Below, piece by piece: positions 58,917 to 64,000 of a stretch of DNA of 64,000 nucleotides. The notes below the pieces were generated by a model. It worked only from the letters and a program-made list of their open reading frames with translations. It was not told the origin of the DNA and made no database searches. Origin of the DNA: Candidatus Sysuiplasma jiujiangense (GTDB lineage: Archaea > Thermoplasmatota > Thermoplasmata > Sysuiplasmatales > Sysuiplasmataceae). Numbering within the stretch: the first letter of the stretch is position 1; each line of letters starts with the position of its first letter. Made by a program: the position numbers and the translations under genes. Location: the NCBI GenBank assembly GCA_019721075.1, contig JAHEAD010000014.1, positions 404 to 64,403 of the forward strand. Reading direction: 5' to 3'.

Positions 58917-59705
58917 GTGAAGAGAGATTTGTACTCGGAAATTTACTATTCCCTGAGAAGACCTGAGGACATAAGTTTGGCGGCAGAGAAATTTCGTCTG
59001 CCGGAAGAGCTGATGCTCGTGATCTACACTCAGAAGACTGTCAGGTATGCTACGAAAGACTATTACCAGATTGTCGAAATGGCCCCGACGCTACTGAAAC
59101 GGTGGAAAACCGGGGAACCGATGGTAAGAATTGCAAGGCGGCTGAATTTTCCTCCAATCCTTCTGGGTCTCATCCTGATGTCGCAGAACGGTGTCGGCAG
59201 GAAGAAATTCTGGAAAATGGTCAGGAACCCTGAAACGGTCGAAGACAAGCGACTCCGGGCCGAGATGCACGCCATAAGGAAGGCGGACATACTCTATTCG
59301 CCTGAGGGTGCTGAAGTTCAGAAGCAGCGGGGAATAAAAGGCGAGGAGAAACTGGAAAAATGGCTTGCTGAACACAGCATAACCTTCAGGACAGAAAAGG
59401 ATCTGAGGGGGAAGTTTCCCAAGACCCCTGACTTTTTGCTGGATGAACCCATAAACTGCGACGGATACCAGATCAAGTGGATAGATTCCAAGGCTTCCTT
59501 CGGGGACGACATTGAGGTGAGGAAAAACAACAGGAGACAGTTTCACCAGTATGTTTCCCTGTTCGGGAAGGGATTCGTTCTTTACTGGTTCGGCTTCCTT
59601 GACGATATAAAGTCCGATGGGGAAATACTTGTGGGAGATACAAAGATGCTCGACAGGCTGGAGAAATGCCTGGATGAAAAGCAAATGACAGCCGGTGAGA
59701 GCTAA
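58917..59705 (+). CDS. TPD-motif protein, homolog of CDAN1-interacting nuclease 1 (CDIN1/C15orf41): HTH region plus PD-(D/E)XK nuclease
   Basis: C-terminal KFPKTPDFLLDEPINCDGYQIKWIDSKASFGD...GFVLYWFGF closely matches my recollection of the hallmark CDIN1 blocks KTPDF(I/L)L, WIESKASFGD and VIYWYGF. GTG start. Confidence 0.75.
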   Translation: MKRDLYSEIYYSLRRPEDISLAAEKFRLPEELMLVIYTQKTVRYATKDYYQIVEMAPTLLKRWKTGEPMVRIARRLNFPPILLGLILMSQNGVGRKKFWKMVRNPETVEDKRLRAEMHAIRKADILYSPEGAEVQKQRGIKGEEKLEKWLAEHSITFRTEKDLRGKFPKTPDFLLDEPINCDGYQIKWIDSKASFGDDIEVRKNNRRQFHQYVSLFGKGFVLYWFGFLDDIKSDGEILVGDTKMLDRLEKCLDEKQMTAGES

Positions 59706-59746
59706 GTGCAATAATTTTTATCCTCGGCAGCGGGACTGCATGCTAC

Positions 59747-60730
59747 ATGGCGGGTATTACCTTTTCGGCCGGCGATATAGAGAAATTCAGCTACTGTCCG
59801 CTGAGCTGGTGGCTGAGCCGGGATGAGAAAAGTGAATCTGCCCAGACTGCATCGGGGAGCAGGGCACATAAATTGCTGAACGACAGGCTGACGGATATAT
59901 CGTCGAATCAGAAGGAAAGCACAGTATACAGCCGGATGATCATGTATTATGCAGTAATTTCCACTGTTCTGGCTATCGCGGGGCTGTCGGTGGTGCGGTT
60001 CGATCTGAAGTACGAACTTTCCCGCGTTCTGCTCCTTCTTTCCATCATCTGGATCATCATGGCGGTAACAATACTTTACATTAGCAGAAACGACACGCAT
60101 GACAGGAAGAGACAGACAGAGAGAATCGTTTTGTTTCTGGCAGCCCTTTCGATGGTTCTGTCCATACTCTCAGTAACAATCCTGCAGGTGAACACGTTCC
60201 TAGCAATGGTTCTGGAAAGCGCGTCCCTGTTGTGGCTCATAGGGGCATCAAGCTTCCTCTATCTCGATCTCTGGGCCGAAAGGAAGGCGGAGAACATCGA
60301 GAAAAAAATCAACGTAAGCGGAAGGATAATTTACATAGGGGATGACAGACATCCTGTCCTGGTATCAGGGGACGGTACGATTTCCGGGCGCCCCGATTTC
60401 ATCATAGAGAGCGAAGGTGAAATAATGCCTGTGGAATTCAAATCCGGCAGAAGGCCCGCAGGACCGCTTTTCTCCCACATAATGCAGGTATCCGCTTACT
60501 GCAGGCTCGTTGAAGACAACTTCGTAAGGAGACCGGATTACGGTCTAATCTACTACGGGACCAAAAGCTTCGCAGTCGACTTCGACGACGAGGTCGAAAA
60601 GCTGCTGATGAAGAAGGTTGGGGAGATGAGAATTGCTGTGGAAAAAGGGGAGGCTCACAGAAATCACAACAGACCCGGAAAGTGCCTCAGCTGTTCGAGA
60701 AGGGCGGTATGCGACGAACGGCTGGCCTGA
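59747..60730 (+). CDS. Cas4/RecB-like PD-(D/E)XK Fe-S nuclease interrupted by four transmembrane helices
   Basis: Motifs in order: FSYCPLSWW (first Cys), GSRAHKLL, then four hydrophobic helices (residues about 62-166), then GRPDFII, VEFKSG, QVSAYCRL and C-terminal CLSCSRRAVC. Confidence 0.7.
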   Translation: MAGITFSAGDIEKFSYCPLSWWLSRDEKSESAQTASGSRAHKLLNDRLTDISSNQKESTVYSRMIMYYAVISTVLAIAGLSVVRFDLKYELSRVLLLLSIIWIIMAVTILYISRNDTHDRKRQTERIVLFLAALSMVLSILSVTILQVNTFLAMVLESASLLWLIGASSFLYLDLWAERKAENIEKKINVSGRIIYIGDDRHPVLVSGDGTISGRPDFIIESEGEIMPVEFKSGRRPAGPLFSHIMQVSAYCRLVEDNFVRRPDYGLIYYGTKSFAVDFDDEVEKLLMKKVGEMRIAVEKGEAHRNHNRPGKCLSCSRRAVCDERLA

Positions 60731-60733
60731 ATT

Positions 60734-61063
60734 TCACTTTTTTGACATTTCCTCCAGCGACTTCTGTATTTCGGCTATCTGCTCCTTCATCGACAGCATC
60801 TCAATCTCGAAAGGTGTAAACTTGCCGGGACTGAGGAGCCTGTGGGCTATCGTTATGCCGATGAAAATTGCACCGATGACGGCAAGTATGGCTATGGTCA
60901 CCAGAGAAAAAACGAAAAGGTAGAAATTGGCAGCAATGGAGGACACCCTGATGAGTCCCGTGAACTGAAGCATCTCGAATATTACAAGCAGGGATATGAC
61001 CGCAAGCCAGACAACTGTTGTGAACGACAGCTTAGGCAATTTTCCTTCCCTCCATTGAAGCAA
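60734..61063 (-). CDS. Small membrane protein with C-terminal amphipathic/coiled tail
   Basis: Two or three TM helices, then FEIEMLSMKEQIAEIQKSLEEMSKK. The start is uncertain. Confidence 0.4.
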   Translation of the reverse strand: MLQWREGKLPKLSFTTVVWLAVISLLVIFEMLQFTGLIRVSSIAANFYLFVFSLVTIAILAVIGAIFIGITIAHRLLSPGKFTPFEIEMLSMKEQIAEIQKSLEEMSKK

Positions 61064-61523
61064 CGTAAGGCGTCTGGCCCAGTATTATGACATGAACGCC
61101 TCCCTTCGGTACAACGCCGACCAGGGAACTGCCGGAAGCGGACGCATTGACGGTGACAGTTGCATTGAAAAAATACTCCCTGTTCTGAGAAGAGTCCAGC
61201 GCAGCGGAGTTCAGGCTCATATTGACAGTATGCAGCTGCATGCCAAGATAGTATGTATTGCCTTCAATTTCAGAAAAGGTCATGGCTGTTCCGTTCGCCC
61301 CGATATATCTGGCAGAGACCTGGATGGTTCTGTAGAGATACGGGCCGAGGGCTCCATGTATCAGAATCGTGATGTTGCCTTCGTAGTAGGCAAGCAGAAT
61401 CGACGGATATCCAGGGTATGGACTGCCGGTCTTGCCGGTGGTGGAGACTGCCGTATAAACGTTGAGCGAAACGAGTGCCACAACTGCGAGTATAATGAGT
61501 GCATTCCTGATGTTTTTGTTCAT
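61032..61523 (-). CDS. Membrane-anchored extracytoplasmic protein (163 aa)
   Basis: N-terminal anchor ALIILAVVALVSLNV followed by a beta-rich domain with NxS/T sequons. Overlaps the downstream ORF by 32 nt. Confidence 0.45.
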   Translation of the reverse strand: MNKNIRNALIILAVVALVSLNVYTAVSTTGKTGSPYPGYPSILLAYYEGNITILIHGALGPYLYRTIQVSARYIGANGTAMTFSEIEGNTYYLGMQLHTVNMSLNSAALDSSQNREYFFNATVTVNASASGSSLVGVVPKGGVHVIILGQTPYVASMEGRKIA

Positions 61524-61649
61524 GCCTCCACTTTTCCCCCGGCTTCTTCAAATACACCTATCCTCGCGACGGGCTGCGACTTTATGCGGCGCTGAAAGTG
61601 TAGCATCCAGTTATGTAAAAACAAACGTCCTATTCAATCTATTGAACCT

Positions 61650-61871
61650 TCAGAAGTCGAATTCGTCTCCCGAGTTTTCTTCGTATGCGCCGTAAATCCT
61701 GCTGTTCATGAGGGCCGTGGCTTCCGGCGTTCTGGGCTGGAATAAATCGCACTCGTAATGAGGCCCTACATTCTTCTTTTTTGCTATACAATAACCCATA
61801 AGTTCCCCCGGGTTTCCCTCAGGTCTGTGATCCCAGTTTATGCATTTGCGGCACAGGTTGGTTTTTTCCAT
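61650..61871 (-). CDS. Small Cys-containing protein with an acidic tail (73 aa)
   Basis: Contains CRKC...C...C and a C-terminal EENSGDEFDF. No family recognised. Confidence 0.4.
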   Translation of the reverse strand: MEKTNLCRKCINWDHRPEGNPGELMGYCIAKKKNVGPHYECDLFQPRTPEATALMNSRIYGAYEENSGDEFDF

Positions 61872-61941
61872 GCGACATCACCAAATCCCATTCTGTATAA
61901 AACCGTTGCCAGAAAAAAATCACTTCGGCCTCCGCGGCCGA

Positions 61942-62029
61942 TAGCGGGGGATCGATTTGAACGATCGTTCTTCGGGTATCCCATAGGAATTATGAGCCCG
62001 ACGGGATGTCCTGGCTACCCCACCCCGCT
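61942..62029 (-). tRNA. Initiator-type tRNA-Met (CAU) with a 13-nt intron at the canonical 37/38 position
   Basis: Minus strand: AGCGGGG-TG-GGGTAGCCAGGACATCCC-G-TCGGG-CTCATA[ATTCCTATGGGAT]A-CCCGA-AGAAC-GATCG-TTCAAAT-CGATC-CCCCGCT-A. It has an A1:U72 pair, GGG/CCC in the anticodon stem, a perfect T arm and a 7-bp acceptor stem. The intron is at 61978-61990. Confidence 0.85.
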
Positions 62030-62055
62030 TTGCAGTATGACTGAATGGCGGCATC

Positions 62056-62063
62056 ATAATAAA
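62056..62063 (-). promoter_or_regulatory. TATA box for the initiator tRNA gene
   Basis: The minus strand reads TTTATTAT, centred about 30 nt upstream of tRNA position 1. Confidence 0.45.
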
Positions 62064-62124
62064 CCTTGCTTCTGCAATTCTGCGATCCAAGCCCTCCTCA
62101 GAAAACGGAATTTACGGAACGAAA

Positions 62125-62457
62125 TCAGAAGAATTTCCTGATCCTCATGAGATCTTCAAGCGACGCCTTGAACTGAACTTTCTTTGTAGCCCATGCCTTC
62201 ATCGGCCTTATCGTTCCGCTAAGGAGACCCGAGAGTGTTCCCTCATCAGACACAATCTTGATGTCAGGGTTGTCCAGTCTCCCCTCGTGGAAGTCACCCA
62301 TTCTGTTGTTCCTGAGACTGAAACAGAAACTTCTCCCGTCCTTAAGCTCTACCTGTACCGTTCTTGTCATGCCATCGAGCTCTTTCTGGAGTGTGTCATC
62401 CTTCGCCACCCTCGCATTGAATTTATCGATGGCCCCGTTGATCAGCTCTTCAATCAT
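62125..62457 (-). CDS. SCP2 sterol-carrier-like domain protein
   Basis: LSGLLSGTIRPMKAWATKKVQFKASLEDLMRI matches the C-terminal SCP2 pattern. Confidence 0.65.
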   Translation of the reverse strand: MIEELINGAIDKFNARVAKDDTLQKELDGMTRTVQVELKDGRSFCFSLRNNRMGDFHEGRLDNPDIKIVSDEGTLSGLLSGTIRPMKAWATKKVQFKASLEDLMRIRKFF

Positions 62458-62461
62458 TTCC

Positions 62462-63106
62462 TCACCTGAATTCGTCGAGTCTTTTAATTCTGATGCCTGA
62501 TATTATCCTTTTGGATGTTGCCCAGCTCTTCCTGCAGTACGGCGGGAGGTCGCCATTGGCATTCGTGTATGCCCGGATGAAATCGATGGTACGGCTGTCA
62601 GAAGCGTAACCGCTTCCTATGTCACACCCCAATTCCGAACTTATCTCCTGAATCAGCCTGTCACGCGTCACCTTCGCCATTATGGACGCTGCCGAAACGC
62701 TCGGATATTTCTGGTCTGCTCTGTGCTCGGCCATTATCTTCTTGCCGCATAGCCGTGATATCTGCAATGCGAAACGTCCTGCATCGACATCCGGCGCATC
62801 CACATAAAACTGATCGGCACTGAACTGGCTGAGCAGTGACGCAAACTGCACAAGCTCCAGTTCGTTCAGAGATGATTTGCAGACCGCTTCGTCTATCTGA
62901 TCTGGCCAGACGACTGATATCTTCCATTCTGCAAATTTCCTCAGCTCTTCGAACAGGAAAGAACGTCTTTCGGCCGAGAGTTGCTTTGAGTCCTTCACAC
63001 CGAGCGAAGTGAGTGCTGAAACATCCGCCGCAAGAGCGCACAGCACCATGGGTCCCATGACGGGCCCTCTCCCTGCTTCATCGGCACCGACCTGCAGAAC
63101 CGTCAA
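62462..63106 (-). CDS. rnhB: Ribonuclease HII
   Basis: Motifs GADEAGRGPVMGPMV, VDAPDV, and MAEHRADQKYPSVSAASIMAKVTRD. Confidence 0.9.
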   Translation of the reverse strand: MTVLQVGADEAGRGPVMGPMVLCALAADVSALTSLGVKDSKQLSAERRSFLFEELRKFAEWKISVVWPDQIDEAVCKSSLNELELVQFASLLSQFSADQFYVDAPDVDAGRFALQISRLCGKKIMAEHRADQKYPSVSAASIMAKVTRDRLIQEISSELGCDIGSGYASDSRTIDFIRAYTNANGDLPPYCRKSWATSKRIISGIRIKRLDEFR

Positions 63107-63351
63107 GACGCCTCCTGATTAACAAGATGGACTGGCCGGCCTTCAATGAGCACCATCCTTATAAGACTGTTCCGTCGCCAGCAGTATTGGGAGAGGGTCT
63201 TGCTTACCGATTGGTTCTGGTCCGTCTTCGGGGCTGAGTCCCGAATAGGCACTTCAACCTCAACAGGCACCGCACAAGGGCAAAATACGAGACAGAATTT
63301 CTGATAAAGAAGGGGCTCGGCGATTAATAAAATCGAACTCTGAAAGTAGTG

Positions 63352-63831
63352 CTAATAGTTATGATATGTTATGGCAAAAGGTTGCAGAAATTTCAGTGTT
63401 GTGCTCACTGGTGAATAGAAGACAAATGAAATTATCTCAAAATGTTCCTGAGAATACGTGAAAACAGTGTAGTTTATGACACCTGCGTATTTCCATATCC
63501 ATGGATATCCGGTTACATTGTAAAAGGAAGGTGCGGGCAGGTGTGAAGGAGGAGCCTCCCATTCCATGGCGAGACCGTCAGGGGTGGTGAATTCAGCTGC
63601 CCTGTTGGTGACAATCCAGCTTCCATTGCCGATCACAGTGAAATTGCCGTACGGCGCGTTGAAACTGAAACTTTTGTAGCCCATAAAGGTGAACTCTGCA
63701 CCCTTTTTGACAAGAGTCAGGGAGGCTGGTTGGGCATGCGATGAATTCGGTGCACCCGCAGAATAGAAATATCCCCAAGCGACATCGGCCACAACCGCCG
63801 CAACAATAATCAAAGTCAGTAAGATCTTCAT
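63352..63831 (-). CDS. Secreted/membrane-anchored hypothetical protein (159 aa)
   Basis: N-terminal MKILLTLIIVAAVVADVAWG signal/anchor, aromatic-rich beta-type sequence, NxS/T sequons. Confidence 0.45.
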   Translation of the reverse strand: MKILLTLIIVAAVVADVAWGYFYSAGAPNSSHAQPASLTLVKKGAEFTFMGYKSFSFNAPYGNFTVIGNGSWIVTNRAAEFTTPDGLAMEWEAPPSHLPAPSFYNVTGYPWIWKYAGVINYTVFTYSQEHFEIISFVFYSPVSTTLKFLQPFAITYHNY

Positions 63832-64000
63832 ATCACACCACTAACCCGTATACTGATTGTATGCCAGATTGAAGCCATCGCCACTCGCGACATATGAAGG
63901 GATAAGTTGCTATACTATGCATAGCACCACTTTCCAAGGATCATATACCCTGTTCGTACTATTTTGAGATTGGTATGAACAGCGCTTTGGGACAAAATTA

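Noticed and set aside
1-64000. Search for CRISPR arrays, rRNA genes, prophage/integrase genes and toxin-antitoxin pairs
   Set aside because: I noticed no regularly spaced direct repeats, no rRNA-like conserved stretches and no integrase or capsid-like ORFs on either strand. This was visual inspection only, so short or degenerate arrays could have been missed.

Overview
This 64 kb window looks like an archaeal chromosome segment, most consistent with a Thermoplasmata-type euryarchaeon. Supporting evidence: a tricorn-interacting-factor-like M1 aminopeptidase, a zinc-type dicluster ferredoxin, Pelota, ABCE1, an archaeal-style initiator tRNA (A1:U72) carrying a 13-nt intron, and TATA boxes about 25-30 nt upstream of several start codons, which implies leaderless mRNAs. 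I call about 50 protein genes, 2 tRNAs (neither visible in the ORF track), 2 IS elements and 3 pseudogenes. The IS elements are an IS630-like copy at the left edge and a decayed single-ORF IS66-like copy. I saw no rRNA gene or CRISPR array. The left 10 kb looks accessory: IS630 inserted into a dapA-like gene, a 1256-aa repeat-rich surface protein, the dead IS66 next to tRNA-Glu, and a bacterial-looking pair of MutS-domain-V ATPases. The middle is mostly metabolism and transport: acetoacetyl-CoA synthetase, acyl-CoA dehydrogenase, CoA ligase, ALDH, Fe-ADH, a ThDP enzyme, GGT, hutU and an SSS transporter. The right part carries translation and quality-control genes: a metG-PHP-pelota operon, ABCE1, a GTPase-dead EF-Tu-like protein and RNase HII. 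Three loci deserve the closest look. (1) 14.8-20.4 kb holds a TerY-P-like triad (MIDAS vWA, PP2C, polytopic membrane Ser/Thr kinase). Next to it is a coiled-coil KaiC/RecA-like protein with a degenerate P-loop whose promoter shares an identical 13-mer with the vWA operon promoter. (2) 58.9-60.7 kb holds a tandem of two PD-(D/E)XK nucleases: a CDIN1/TPD-motif homolog and a Cas4-like Fe-S nuclease whose fold is split by four transmembrane helices. (3) 7.0-10.1 kb holds the translationally coupled MutS-like ATPase pair. All family assignments come from reading motifs by eye; no database search was run.
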